This document shows positions 39,901 to 50,100 of a stretch of 64,000 nt of DNA, piece by piece; the stretch's first letter is position 1; each line of letters starts with the position of its first letter. The stretch comes from Haplodiscus bocki (lineage: Eukaryota). The notes below the pieces were generated by a model. It ran no database searches and was not told the origin of the DNA. It saw only the letters and a program-made list of their open reading frames with translations. Location: positions 108,810,001 to 108,874,000 of the forward strand of contig OZ296649.1 of assembly GCA_965655095.1 (NCBI GenBank), read 5' to 3'. The position numbers and the translations under genes were made by a program.

Positions 39901-40354
39901 TGTTCTTTCTGTATCTTTGTTGACTAAGAGTGTGCGAAACTTGGAAGAAAATTTATTTTATCCCTCCTACCCTTGCATCGTTCAAAGTATTTGGGTACCC
40001 TTCAATTTTTCAAATTGGATCTTCAACATCTCCTCAATCAGTTGTGAAATATTGAATTAAATTTTCCTCACGTTAAAAATTTGACGGTTTTCTATTGAAT
40101 TTTGGAAAAAAAATGACGAACAGGAATTAAAGAAAATCTTTTAATTTTCCTAACTTAGTCATTTACCGAGGACTTTTGAACTGTCGATGTTAATTCTTTT
40201 AGAAAAAGGCAAAGAAATTCGGAGCTTGAATGAACAAATAGAATCTCTGCAGATGCAAATTAGTCGAATGCAAGATGATGAGAAACAAAGAGTCTCGGTT
40301 TTGCAATCAGCCATACAGAATTACGTTCAGACTTCGGCTGTCAACCGGCGATGA
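12937..40354 (+). CDS. LRRC45: Leucine-rich repeat plus coiled-coil centrosomal protein LRRC45, 10 coding exons: 12937-13236, 14021-14091, 14595-14773, 34673-34801, 34901-35013, 35392-35742, 35871-35982, 36206-36329, 39172-39626, 40203-40354
   Basis: All junctions are GT-AG with consistent phases. The spliced product reads [20 protein letters not shown]...[10 protein letters not shown]...[12 protein letters not shown]...[13 protein letters not shown]...GNNIPDD, then a coiled coil ending ...[11 protein letters not shown], matching my recollection of LRRC45. Confidence 0.9.
13400..13958 (+). repeat. Intronic non-autonomous repeat, same family as 15368-15955
   Basis: Both copies start AACA(A/G)..CGGGAA(T/C)GG(T/C)CCAAG and end AAAAAGCGC(C/A)GACTAAAAA. 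Confidence 0.5.
15368..15955 (+). repeat. Intronic non-autonomous repeat with internal ~85-bp units carrying tRNA B-box-like TCGAAC motifs
   Basis: Three units TATAGCCTATA...(G/T)TCGAAC at about 15597, 15682 and 15762. Termini are shared with 13400-13958. Confidence 0.5.
17207..17314 (+). repeat. Left TIR of old Polinton
   Basis: Diverged reverse complement of 33203-33311; shared blocks include ccgaacactttcgtgctcc and tatctgtggaa..atttcacggtca. Confidence 0.9.
18033..18873 (-). pseudogene. Tandem PC4-like ssDNA-binding domain protein (old Polinton)
   Basis: [16 protein letters not shown] in ORF 18568-18873. In frame with ORF 18033-18257: [25 protein letters not shown], compared with PC4 VLIDIREYW...KGISL; the stop TAG lies where W (TGG) is expected. 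Confidence 0.6.
19509..23262 (+). pseudogene. polB: Protein-primed family B DNA polymerase with C2H2 fingers, OTU-like domain and HNH/EndoVII-like insert (old Polinton)
   Basis: C2H2 fingers CNDC..HVRLVH and [30 protein letters not shown]. ExoI VYADLE; [17 protein letters not shown]; Exo[12 protein letters not shown]; motif A DVTSLY; motif [10 protein letters not shown]; motif C YKDTDSL; C-terminal DDKR..AYGH. Many frameshifts. Confidence 0.93.
23362..23816 (+). pseudogene. Acidic coding segments, probably spliced to the pPolB C-terminus
   Basis: [24 protein letters not shown] and [10 protein letters not shown] segments are bounded by GT-AG intron candidates at 23219-23361 and 23538-23616. 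Confidence 0.45.
23900..24512 (-). pseudogene. Adenain-type (C5) maturation cysteine protease (old Polinton)
   Basis: MDNITL start at 24512; GVHWLLL, WDPLGQP and [12 protein letters not shown] motifs in shifting frames. 3' end approximate. Confidence 0.8.
24528..25871 (-). pseudogene. Major capsid protein (double jelly-roll, hexon-like) (old Polinton)
   Basis: [32 protein letters not shown] and [18 protein letters not shown] are homologous to the MCP at 60945-62315. Confidence 0.88.
25918..26458 (-). pseudogene. Basic amphipathic core/membrane-lytic protein (old Polinton)
   Basis: [48 protein letters not shown] is homologous to 60583-60948. Confidence 0.7.
26630..27573 (-). pseudogene. Minor capsid protein (penton-like) (old Polinton)
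   Basis: [39 protein letters not shown] at the N-terminus; [16 protein letters not shown] at the C-terminus. Confidence 0.85.
27608..28621 (-). pseudogene. Retroviral-type DDE integrase (old Polinton)
   Basis: Fragments [21 protein letters not shown] and [39 protein letters not shown], colinear with 58820-59758. Confidence 0.88.
29016..29567 (-). CDS. Hypothetical Polinton protein (counterpart of 58453-58866)
   Basis: MKELVQI start and [17 protein letters not shown] resemble MEQFVLV and LDGRDTGVSLTNFAQTL. Same gene position. Confidence 0.6.
   Translation of the reverse strand: MKELVQITLDEHTSLLSSRNSFNHEKKLGSESKDTLVQSTKSEDIKNSQIDTQDKSNSENDDKKLCTQLNLNSRLTQAQSWKDATPDDTLADRTKTTAKTDKIVLDLLSSGLIGGKVERARQILQKVDQCSVVSIDGNSGRLMLHDRDLGLTVFDFLNDLQTTTKNLNEGTLDLVRQLKLPNF
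29569..29925 (-). CDS. Small basic conserved Polinton protein (counterpart of 58149-58451)
   Basis: [36 protein letters not shown] resembles SPKEFIRFLSECIVNLLHG..RRRILSTKKGLLLIKTI. Confidence 0.7.
   Translation of the reverse strand: MMSQRDFYTLELFSKIKPIFSKIKPILKQSFLLDCPTELIKFFCNCMFNVLHGGIRMTANVSVKKLKRHQSNIETLCKNKCRIRRKRQLLATKNGTKLLKLIEPSVLNDLRKRLDIKQ
29882..30590 (-). pseudogene. A32/FtsK-like genome packaging ATPase (old Polinton)
   Basis: Walker A GPGGCGKT, Walker B LVVIDD and arginine-finger AGRHRNI; frameshifted. Confidence 0.9.
30587..30873 (-). pseudogene. Small membrane protein (counterpart of 57237-57497)
   Basis: [14 protein letters not shown] resembles QINLDKTVFD..ERKS; the hydrophobic segment follows after a frameshift. 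Confidence 0.55.
30870..31199 (-). CDS. Hypothetical protein, possibly PC4-like (old Polinton)
   Basis: Beta-rich segment followed by [12 protein letters not shown], the strand-helix pattern seen in the other PC4-like ORFs. Confidence 0.35.
   Translation of the reverse strand: MDCTETRQELDLPRVFGLIIFTTVPQMSVVRSYVETSISIPISNTTNLTGRVNSKTSLICLEQATLSTSKNRYNLNRINLDLTELQRLQQSLSDLLYLAGYQSSLDQQV
31145..31561 (-). CDS. Phospholipase A2-like protein (parvovirus VP1u-type motifs) (old Polinton)
   Basis: GGLIGPG calcium-loop-like motif and RLHAIFHDA catalytic HD motif; homologous to 56603-57034. Confidence 0.65.
   Translation of the reverse strand: MHSIVTPRELNDTLKMITYLFPKNTQRNKAFLAVCYSINNEINLQFVNQFDKFGGLIGPGENKLHHFFKCLKIFRLHAIFHDAFGFMRSTYNVDPGYLYALSEKPFFANSMLLGHITGLTYWIVLKLDKNSIYQEFSV
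31784..32315 (-). pseudogene. HUH-motif protein, counterpart of 54386-55132 (old Polinton)
   Basis: [24 protein letters not shown] (HFH at 32205-32213). C-terminal [21 protein letters not shown] resembles FELELMKIIDCFLDGYGGYES. Confidence 0.5.
33203..33311 (-). repeat. Right TIR of old Polinton
   Basis: Reverse complement of 17207-17314 with roughly a dozen differences. Confidence 0.9.
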
Positions 40355-42069
40355 AGAATTAATATTGAACCCAAATCTTAAATTTTTGTCGACATTTTTA
40401 GGGGTACAGTTAGAAAATAATGAAATGTGTCAATGTCGTCTTAAAGCAACTGATAGATAGTCTAGTTGTCTTTGTTAAAACCAATACTATCTTTGTTTCT
40501 TATGGATTGATGCTGAAATCAACTTCGGTGTATTGTTATTTTTGTAGAATTGTTTATACTGTAAATATTTTTTCTAACTTCGGGTGCACATAATTAAATT
40601 GTTTCGAATGAGGTTATTTGAATCCAAGTAGAAATTTTCCATTTGACAGCTGTCGGGGCTACCTGGAGACCTTCTCTGGGACCTTTGAACTGGTTGGATT
40701 CTATCGAAATGCGCACGCCCTGTGGTGTGTCGGATTGCGAGTTTTGTTTTCCCCATTGTTTTTTAAACACGTTCAAGCTTCTCGAATAAAGAGAATTATT
40801 GAAATATTCACACAACCATTCTAGAATACTCGTTCTATAATCAATTATTATTTTTCAATGTGGGAGGAAAATCATCCTCTCGCCGCGGGCATAATTCACG
40901 TTTACTTGCCAAGTATAGGATTTTGAGCTTGAACTAAATCGAAGCAAATTTGGCGCACAATGCGAATGAAATAGTTTTATATTTCGTATAAATGTACGAG
41001 AGTAGGTCATTTTGAAAGAACTTGGTGCAGAATGTAAATAAAGTTTTGAATTTTGTAAAATAATTTTCCGACTATAACTTGGCGTTTTTTTTAAAAATAA
41101 TAAAAATTTGGAAAATGGCGAGAAAATGTAAGAAGCGTTGTAGAAGGCAGACAACTAAATGGTATTTTTTCTGAGAAACGCTTTCCCGGCAGATGGAAGG
41201 CGGAAAACGTCCCGGTGGTAGTCGGGCGTCTTGTTCATACTATGCTAAGGGGCTAGCTTTGGAGGGTAAGTGCATGTTGTTAGCCCTCGGTTGGATTAAA
41301 AGCTGACAAATTGTGGAATTTAAGTGGAATCGATTTCGCGTTTTGTTTTGTTAAGATGAGGGTCCAAACATGTCTTAAAGCATCCGATGTTGATTTTATT
41401 CTGTTTTTAAATGTTTTTCTCTTCAACTACCCAATCAATTGCTTCCATCTAGCGTCTAATCGAAAGCTTATTGTATGTAAAATGATTTTCGCGGTGAATT
41501 TTCGCAGAAATACGAAATTCAAAAGATGATACTTCATAAAGTTTTTCGAAATGTCGAGGTGCTGCATAGAAATTTGGTTATTCGTTCACTTTTAATGCTA
41601 AAGGTGGAAGGAAATGTTTTTGCTGTCAAAACATTTTTGTTTGCTTGATAATTGATAACTCGAAGAAATAGTCTACACATTTGTGCAAAAAATGTATCTT
41701 TGATTTTGAATGTTGTGATGTGAAAGCTGCACATCTGACTGTATGCTCATGAAGCAAATGAAACTCAGATGCGATATAGGCGGAATGTTTTCAAAAGACA
41801 AAGTGACAAAAGCGTCGTCAATTTTTGTTTGCTTGGCTCTTTCAGACAATATTTTGACGTCTAATTTTTGTTTCTCCTTTGCTTAAAATTTGTTAGTATG
41901 AGTTCTGAATTTTAGTTGCTTAATGTTGGTTCATTTCCTAATATTTGGCTTTTTTTCACTACTCAATTTCGCAACCTTTTTAATTTTTCGCCGCATATGT
42001 AATATGCAAGAAAAATTCATTCAGTAGGGTCGTTTTTCTTTCTTTTTTCAGACCAAAATTGCCAACTCT

Positions 42070-42582
42070 TTTTATTCAAAAATAAATGACAGCTGTAGGC
42101 TTAGGACAGCAAGCTTCTCAAGCAGTAGGTTCGGGGTTCGAGTCACTGCCCTGCCAAAATTTTTTACGATTTATCCCTAACATTTTTCGATACCCGAAAT
42201 TAGTGAAACACTAAGGGGTTCCCCTACGAAATTTTTCGGCACTGTGAGACAAAAAATTTTTGACAGAAAATCGTGATACTCCCTCCCTCCTCCCCCTCCT
42301 CCCACACCCTCTTATCCATAAATTTTTTCGATACGAGAAATTTTCTGAAACACAAAAGGGTTCCTCTACGAATTTTTTTGGCACTGTGAGACAAAAAAGT
42401 TTTAACGGAAAATTGTGATACCCTGCATAAAGTACAGAAATCAGTGGTGGAATTTGATGTTTGTGAAAAACCTTTGAAAACTAAATTCAAAACAGTAGCT
42501 TCGTTTCTAACCGTTTGCAAAAGTTGATCAAAAATTTGCAGTTGGGCAAAAATTATGCCGGTGCTAGCCGGCCGGCTTGTTC
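42070..42582. repeat. Interspersed repeat with tRNA-like head and two internal related units
   Basis: GGTTCGAGTC B-box-like motif at about 42133; TTTTCGATAC..GAAACAC..GGGTTCC.CTACGAA..GGCACTGTGAGACAAAAAA occurs twice. Confidence 0.55.
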
Positions 42583-45220
42583 TTCAATTCTCTTAGTGTC
42601 TGTTACTACCTTCCTCGAAGAGCCTGTTGTTCCGGTGAAAAATAAACATCGATTGGTTTTGATAACTTTGAGAAGCAAGTTTTCGTGACTCCCCTCTTAC
42701 CACATACAAAAAAATAGAAAAAAAAACGAAAAACCAACTTATGAAAATGGAAAACATATGCTGAGGGGTTTAGCTGTACGAAATTTTTGGCGACTAAGGA
42801 AAAAAGACCGAGAGATTAGGGCTGATGCGCAGTTTATTACCCGCGATCAGTATGCCAATGAGGATTATCCTGAAAGACTAGATATAAATTAACTTAAGAG
42901 AAACTATTTTTACGTTTTCGAATCTTTCCAGGCATACGCGTTAGCTTGAAGGCCATAGTTTGTACTTTCTTCTGTGCTTCAAATTCTGAAGTCTCGAACT
43001 CAAGATGACAACTGTGAATGACCGCGAAAGGGGGGCAGAAGATTTGAATTAGGCGCAAAAAAATAATCTGTGAATGCATCCGAATATGAATTTCATTATT
43101 TTCCGTTCATATTTGCTGCATGTGCTCTCAAGTTATCAGTGAGCAAAAGCCATCTACAACAGATTTTGTAAATTGTGATAGATTTCCAAAACAGTATTTA
43201 TCATTGGCTGCACTTCGATTTTGTTCATCTCGTACGTAATCAAAAGCGTTACATAAAATGGTTTGGATCTTTTCTGTTAACTCCCCCACCCCACTGATTT
43301 AACTTGCACCCCCCCCCCCCCCCACGCACACACACACACACAGTAATGGATATGCGAAATAATAGGCTGCGTCATGTTTTGACTGACGTGCCAGTGAATT
43401 TCAGCCAATCAGAGACGAGTTCGTTTCTGCGTGGGGGGGGGGGGGGGGTGGATCAATAAAACATCTAATGGTTGCTGCGAAACAAAAATTTTTGCATTTC
43501 CTTCCACTTCATGTGAAATTTTGTCCTAAATAACCAATTTTGTAAACATTCGCGGATTTTCAAGTTTTTCTCAGTAAATATTGATTCATCGAGCGCGGAA
43601 TCCAGTATTGGTGATATCCATAAAGGATGTCTGAACAATTTGGGCTCTACACTTCCTTTTCCATTGCCAAATTGATTAAAAATGCGGAAAACCCAGCTTT
43701 TGCTGTAGACTTTGGTTGATATTCGAAAGCTTTGTGGGTCCATTTTTTCCATAGTGCATTCATTCAAAAGCTAATGTTTTCTAAAGTGGATATCTCTTAA
43801 CAAAAATTAGCTTCACATTTCAATTTCCAGTGAAAATTTTCTCAAAGTTGCCTAAAACTCAAAATTTTGTAGAATTTGGTGGATTTTCTTAGTAACTAAT
43901 TTTCGACTTTGCTCATTGAACGCCTACTAAAACACCTTACCATCTTTAAAATGAATATTGAGCCACAGAATTCCCCGTTTTTTCCAGTGCAGTTTGAAAA
44001 GTAGTCAAAAACATATTTATTGCAACAGATTGGGCGATCTTCGGAACGCCTTTTCTGAGTGAATTTCGAGCTATTAATGTTGACGATAAGGCGAAAATCG
44101 GAAAGAAAAATGAAGATTTCAAGAATTTGTTACTTTGAATTTTGTTTCTATCAAACTTCTTTTCGAAGTGTTTTGTCACAAAAAGTCATTTTTACAAGAA
44201 AAGATGTATCTGCAATTGATTGTAAACAACTAGAATTAGTAGGTTATCCTACGGGTCTGGGGAAAAGTTGACTATTCAGTTCTTGATGGATGCTTACTTC
44301 CTGACACAATCTTCATTTCTTGGGTGCAGGTTGTCAAAGTTGAAGGTTAGAGTTAACGGTAGTATTGGTAGGCCGGGCAGGTACTTGGTTTCAGTTCAAT
44401 TCATCTTTGTTGCTTGAATTGAGAGGTTGCTTTGTTGGCTGCTGCTGTTACTGATGCTGTTGTTACCGAGGCCAACAAACTTGCAAATATCTCGGTGAGT
44501 GAACAGTTTCATTGATCGTTAACAATTAATAGAAGGCTAGCTTATATTATAATGGTCCGATATTAAGAGATAATATTTGAAGACTTATAATTATTTAAAC
44601 TGAGTTAAGCTAAGTTAATTTTGCGCGTTAGTTTCATTTCGCAAACAAAATCGGTATAGGTAACTTTTTTGCGTCGATAGTAAAGCCCTACTGGAGCCTA
44701 TTTTTTTTTTACAAAATTGTGAGTCAGTTTACGTGGAAATAGCTTACTTCCTATTCTGACTGTTCAAATTTCTTAGCGCTTAATGTCTAGCATCCTTAAT
44801 GGTCATGTTTAAAAATGATAGTCTAAAAATGGCAAAAGTCGAAAAACATCAGTTAGAGCTTGTTACTTTCTAGTCGGCGCGTGTAAACAAACCCGAATAT
44901 AGCCGTGAGTTTCGAGCCGCTTGTGTTGGCAGATTCGATTCGCCACTGCGTAACTGCTTTTGCTTACATGTGATGTACGTGTAATAAACTGCGCCGACTT
45001 GCCGTTCCCGGCTTGGCTTGTTCATCATTTGGTTTTGTTGAAAAAGCCATTTCTAGAATAGTTCTATTGGTCATGTGCAAAGATATCTTTTCCTCCAGTT
45101 CGGCATTGTGAGACAATTTTTTTGCCGACAAAAAGATATCCCCCTTGGTGTAACGAAACTGTTGCCTTCGATTGATGGACAACGCTTAGTCTGTTAAGCA
45201 GTTTATCGAATAGCTACCTC

Positions 45221-45710
45221 AGTAGTATATAGGCGAGCAAGACAGCCAGGAGGGGGTGAAGACCCTCATGTTTTAACATAGCCTATAGCACCCGAGAGCC
45301 GAGAAGGGTCTTCACCCCCTGTTTTGATATTTTCCAGGGGCCCCGAGGCGGCCGGCGGAGACTTTATTAGGTAATTTTTCGGCATAGGCCGAGGCGGGCG
45401 GCGGAAGCGTCGAGGCGGGCGGCAGCGACGGAGACTTTATTAGGTAATTTTTCGGCATAGGCCGAGACGGGCGGCGGACGGCGGAAAATCGAGGCGGAGA
45501 CTTTATCATATAAGAATATTGTTCATCCTATGGCGTTTTAACTCCGCGTCCAATAGGAATAGGGAAAGATTCCCAGTATTATACAAATATATTAACAGAC
45601 AATACGAACATGAATGAAGTTGTTCAGAGAAACACACGTGCACACGAATGCGAACATCATTTAGTAGTCGTCTTTGTTTTACGAGAGCTGGAATTGATGG
45701 ACGATATCGC
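45221..45710 (+). repeat. Left TIR (490 bp) of young Polinton
   Basis: Reverse complement of 62880-63369; only 2 mismatches noticed. Confidence 0.96.
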
Positions 45711-45825
45711 GGAACGATAACATACAGCATTGTAATTGGACGGCAGCTCACGTTATTATGTGGCGGTGTTGCATTGAACGAGTTGTTGAAAATAACGACT
45801 GAATACACAATACTCAAGTCATTCT

Positions 45826-46208
45826 TTTTGCATTCACGCTACAATCAACATACGCCATTCCATTTCACATTTTCCGGACTTAAAATTATGAGTTCAGATT
45901 CCCGAACTTAAAATTATGAGTTCAGATTCCTGAACTTAAAATATGAGTTCAGTTTTCCGGACTTAAAATTCAGATTTTGCATTCACGCTACCGTCAACAT
46001 ACGCAATTCCATTTCAGATTTTCTGGACTTAAAGTTATGAGTTCAGATTCCCGAACTTAAAAATATGAGTTCAGTTTTCCGGACTTAAAATTATGAGTTC
46101 AGATTCCCTAACTTAAAAAGGTGAGTTCAGTTTTTCCTGACTTAAACTTATGAGTTCAGATTCCCGAACTTAAAAATATGAGTTCAGTTTTCCGGACTTA
46201 AAATATGA
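45826..46208. repeat. Subterminal ~28-bp tandem array
   Basis: About 11 copies of ACTTAAAATTATGAGTTCAG(A/T)TT(C/T)CCG(A/G), interrupted by a duplicated TTTTGCATTCACGCTAC block at 45826 and 45975. Confidence 0.9.
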
Positions 46209-46213
46209 GGTAG

Positions 46214-46985
46214 AGACTTGGAAAAATTTTTTCAAAAAATCAAAAAATTTTAAAAATTCCAAAAATGCCCAAAATTGTTCCCAAAAGTGTCCAAACGTGT
46301 TTTGAACATGTTTTGGGGTAATTTTTTCGAAAAAAATTTTTTGCTCACTGTTCCATGGAGGGTCGAGTCTTCGAAAATTTTTCAAATCAAAAAATTTTAA
46401 AAATTCCAAAAATGCCCAAAATTGTTCCCAAAAGTGTCCAAACGTGTTTTGAACATGTTTTGGGGTAATTTTTTCGAAAAAATTTTTTTGCCCAGTGTTC
46501 CATGGAGGGTCCAGTCTTCGAAAATTTTTCAAAAAATCAAAAAATTTTAGAAATTCCAAAAATGCCCAAAATCGTTCCCAAAAGTGTCCAAACGTGTTTT
46601 GAACATGTTTTGGGGTAATTTTTTCGAAAAAAATTTTTTGTCCACTGTTCCATGGAGGGTCGAGTCTTCGAAAATTTTTCAAAAAATCAAAAAATTTTAA
46701 ATATTACAAAAATGTCCAAAATCGTTCCCAAAAGTGTCCAAACGTGTTTTGAACATGTTTTGGGGTAATTTTTTCGAAAAATTTTTTTTGCCCAGTGTTC
46801 CATGGAGGGTCCAGTCTTCGAAAATATTTCAAACAATCAAAAAATTTTCAAAATTCCAAAAATGCCCAAAATCGTTCCCAAAAGTGTCCAAACGTGTTTT
46901 GAACATGTTTTGGGGTAATTTTTTCGAAGAAAATTTTTTGCCCAGTATTCCATGAAGAGTCGAGACTTCGAAAATTTTCAAAAAA
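46214..46985. repeat. Subterminal ~150-bp tandem array (5 full units plus a partial one)
   Basis: Unit ..GTCTTCGAAAATTTTTCAAAAAATC..CCCAAAAGTGTCCAAACGTGTTTTGAACATGTTTTGGGGTAA..GTTCCATGGAGGGTC starts at about 46214, 46365, 46512, 46662, 46812 and 46962. Confidence 0.93.
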
Positions 46986-47101
46986 AATCCGACCAATCAA
47001 AATTAGTACGACTACCCACTAAGCGCTATGTAAAATGTTGAATGAAAAATTATATTTGGAAAGTATCAAACAAAGTTATAATGATAATACTGTCATTTCA
47101 T

Positions 47102-50100
47102 TTACAAAAGAAGTGGTTTCGTGTGAATGCCATCATTGAGTACAATTCTTTTAGGATAAAAGTATGATAACCCTCTTTTAGTTTGTTCGTACGTGCAGAC
47201 TGAATGTTGGATAGTTCTGAAGCCTCGATTAGTTGACTGCTCATTTATTTTCTCGTCCAGTACGCACCTGTACTTTTCCAGAGGTCCAGTTCCAGATTCC
47301 TCCAACGTTCTTTTGTTGAGCCCTTTGCTACTGAACTTGATTTTGTCTGTGCTCTGATCGAAGCAGCAATAGGTTTTACTGCACAAACAGATCATTTCAG
47401 TGCAACGAAATTCCTCCTTAAATAATCCAGGCTCTCGTTTATCATGTTTGATATGTTTGGAACAACAAGTGCGAGGAAAAAAATTGTTGCTGGAATCTGC
47501 AGCAAAGGTATTGCTACAGTCATTCATTCTGATGTTGTTCCAAACTTCTCTCATGTCCGGTTTGATGCAATCTTCAAGCGAATCATGAGCCAGTGCTAGG
47601 TATAGGGAGTCTGTATCCATTTCCATTTCTTCGAAGGAGTTAAAATCACAAAACTTTTGGAAAAAATTGTAATACAATTCAAGCATTCGGAGTTTTGCAT
47701 ACTGTAGGATGAAAAATCCCACAATGATGGGTTCTTTGTGTTCTACATCTGCCTTCGCTGACTCGATCTCGTACAAGTTATCATTCAGATGGTTAAGTTT
47801 TTTGAAGAACTTGCTGTTGATAGCTTTGTGCGCTTTTTCATCATTCAGATACCTAGTTATAGTGTGTCGACTTCTATCCATAATTTGATAACCGTAGGAA
47901 CTATTCGCTAACAGCTTCATAGTCTCAGCTACTACACTCGAGTGTGGATTTTCATCACCTTTTCGCCGAGCATCCACTGCAGACTGAACAAAACTATTAA
48001 AGCATTTCATTGGAGTGTACTGAACAAAGCGATAAATTCGGTCACATTCTAATCCAAGATCCAAATAAAAGTTTAAGAGCGGTGTGATAATTGTACCGTT
48101 TATGATATGAAAACTGGATATTAACATTCTCCGGGGTTGAGTCATCAGTTTGTTTTCCTCTGCGTATTTTTTCATGAAGTCACCAATATCTGAGCGTGAA
48201 ACGAATATATTTTTGAAAATGGGTGGAAAAGATTCGAATTTCTCTCTCAAGTTTTCTGGTACTCTAAGATCACATTGTACGTAACCAAACAACTCTCCTT
48301 TCCGAATGCGAGAAAGTAGGTTCTCAAAGCTCAGAGGACGCTTGTAGGGAAATGTTGATCTGACAAAAGACTTTATCTCATGATTCTCGCGCATGTGAAG
48401 CTTCCACTGACACTCCCACATCTCAATGATAGAGTAATGTTTTTCTAGCAAGTAAGATCGACGTAATTCGTCCATTTCTCTTTTCCTTTGTCCCTTCACA
48501 ATGTCTTCATCTGTAAGACAAGGTTGCCCTTCTTGACTTTCGCAAAAGTGATAGAAGCAACCCAAAGCTTCAAAAATCGTGTTACAGTGACTGCAAAACC
48601 CATCAACGCTAAAGCAGTCAATCTTTCGCTGGGTTCCGGTTGTGTAGAAGCTCTCAATATTACATTCCGGTCGCGAGTTCTGGAAGAAAGCCATAACCAT
48701 GTTCTCAAAGGATCTGGTTTTATTGGATCGAGGTTTGAAACGCTGCAAGTCGGCATCAAATTCCCAACGTGTGTAAAGTCCAGTCGGCATCGGCTGACAC
48801 ATGGCATAGGGATATAGCTGACTAGCATCGATACCTACTATCGATTTGCAAGTGTTTGAAGATGAACGAATACATGTCTGTCCCACCACTGCTTTTCTAG
48901 TGAAAACAATGGAAGGACCGCCAACCATGTCTTCTCTTATTTTTTCAAGCAAGTCTTTGTCTCCTTCTGGGAATGGGTAAAACTTGACATTCGTGGAGCT
49001 ATGAAGACAAATGTTTGCGAGATTTGGTAATGTACAACCCAGCTTCAACATATCAATTCGCTTACTATGATAAAACTCAATCATTTTTTTCATCGCCTCA
49101 AGCGTTGGCACAACATCCTTGTTATTGTACCATCGAAGAAAATCTTTGAATGATTGCATGTCGTGGTTTTTCCATACTTGCTGTAAATATGCATAATTCT
49201 CTTGTCCTGTGGGAGGAATTGAAGAAACTCGAAGTTTTTTCAGCGCTTCTTCACTGCTGCATCCAGAGTTGACGAAACTTTGATAATCAGAGTAGGCTTT
49301 ATCCAGCGGGTTGCAATTACGCAATCGGCTGAAAAACTCGTCGTACGGTGGAAGTGTCGGATACGTGAGTTTTTCGGGACTATCAAACCATTCGTACGGG
49401 AAAAACCCTTTCGTTTCGGTAGTCTTGTAAGCCTTCAAGAAGGAATCAAGACTAGTTGCACCACCGAGAAAGTTCATAATGTCGAGGAATTGCACGTTTC
49501 CAAATTTGAAAGATATATATTGGTTTGCTTTTTTGATAACTGTTGGTTCAATCTCCCTTTCATTCACAAGAAGAGGAATCAAGTAAGCTTTTATCAGATT
49601 CAAATCATATTTGGCACTGTTGAAGCCGAAAACTGGAAAGGTATTAACATATCTCTCAAAATGTAGTTGAAGCTCAATTAGCTTGTTTTTCTGAGTCAAC
49701 AAAAACTGTGTGGAGACGCTAATTTCATCTTCATCATCGTCACCCATATCCACCAAGCGTTCGTGCGGTTCGTTTCCATTCGATAACTGTCTCCTCTTCG
49801 TGTTGATGGCTGACAACACACGTTCCAGTTTTTCTTTTATCCTCGTGGCAATATCATGAAATTTGAGGTTCATCTCCAGTTTATTTTTCTCTGCCAAGCT
49901 TTCCACAGAGTTTACGAATGCTGAGACTAGTGAATGGGGCTCAGAGTTGCAGATAAATATAGGTTCTTCGAGTAGATTTGACGTTATTGACACTGAAATG
50001 GGTTCGTGTTTACCAACCCACGTTGTAGTCTCGGTGTCAACGAGTTTACTGCTTTTGACACAAACTGATTCGAAGTCAAAGACTGCAAAATTGTTGAAAA

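Noticed and set aside
42093-42155. tRNA-like segment (also about 34340-34372 and 15600-15800)
   Set aside because: Only a B-box/T-arm resemblance, with no complete cloverleaf; embedded in repeats.
44964-45182. Minus-strand ORF ending at a GTAAGC donor next to the young element
   Set aside because: It could be a host exon, but no homology or partner exon was recognisable.
45312-45817. ORFs duplicated at 62878-63278
   Set aside because: They are the two TIR copies; the Pro/Arg-rich translation comes from GC-rich repeats.
45826-46208. 28-bp repeats as a possible CRISPR array
   Set aside because: Units are head-to-tail with no unique spacers, there are no cas genes, and the context is eukaryotic.
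46170-46682. 170-aa repetitive ORF (and 46734-46955)
   Set aside because: Translation of the ~150-bp tandem array; the unit length is a multiple of 3, so frames stay open. No other sign of coding.
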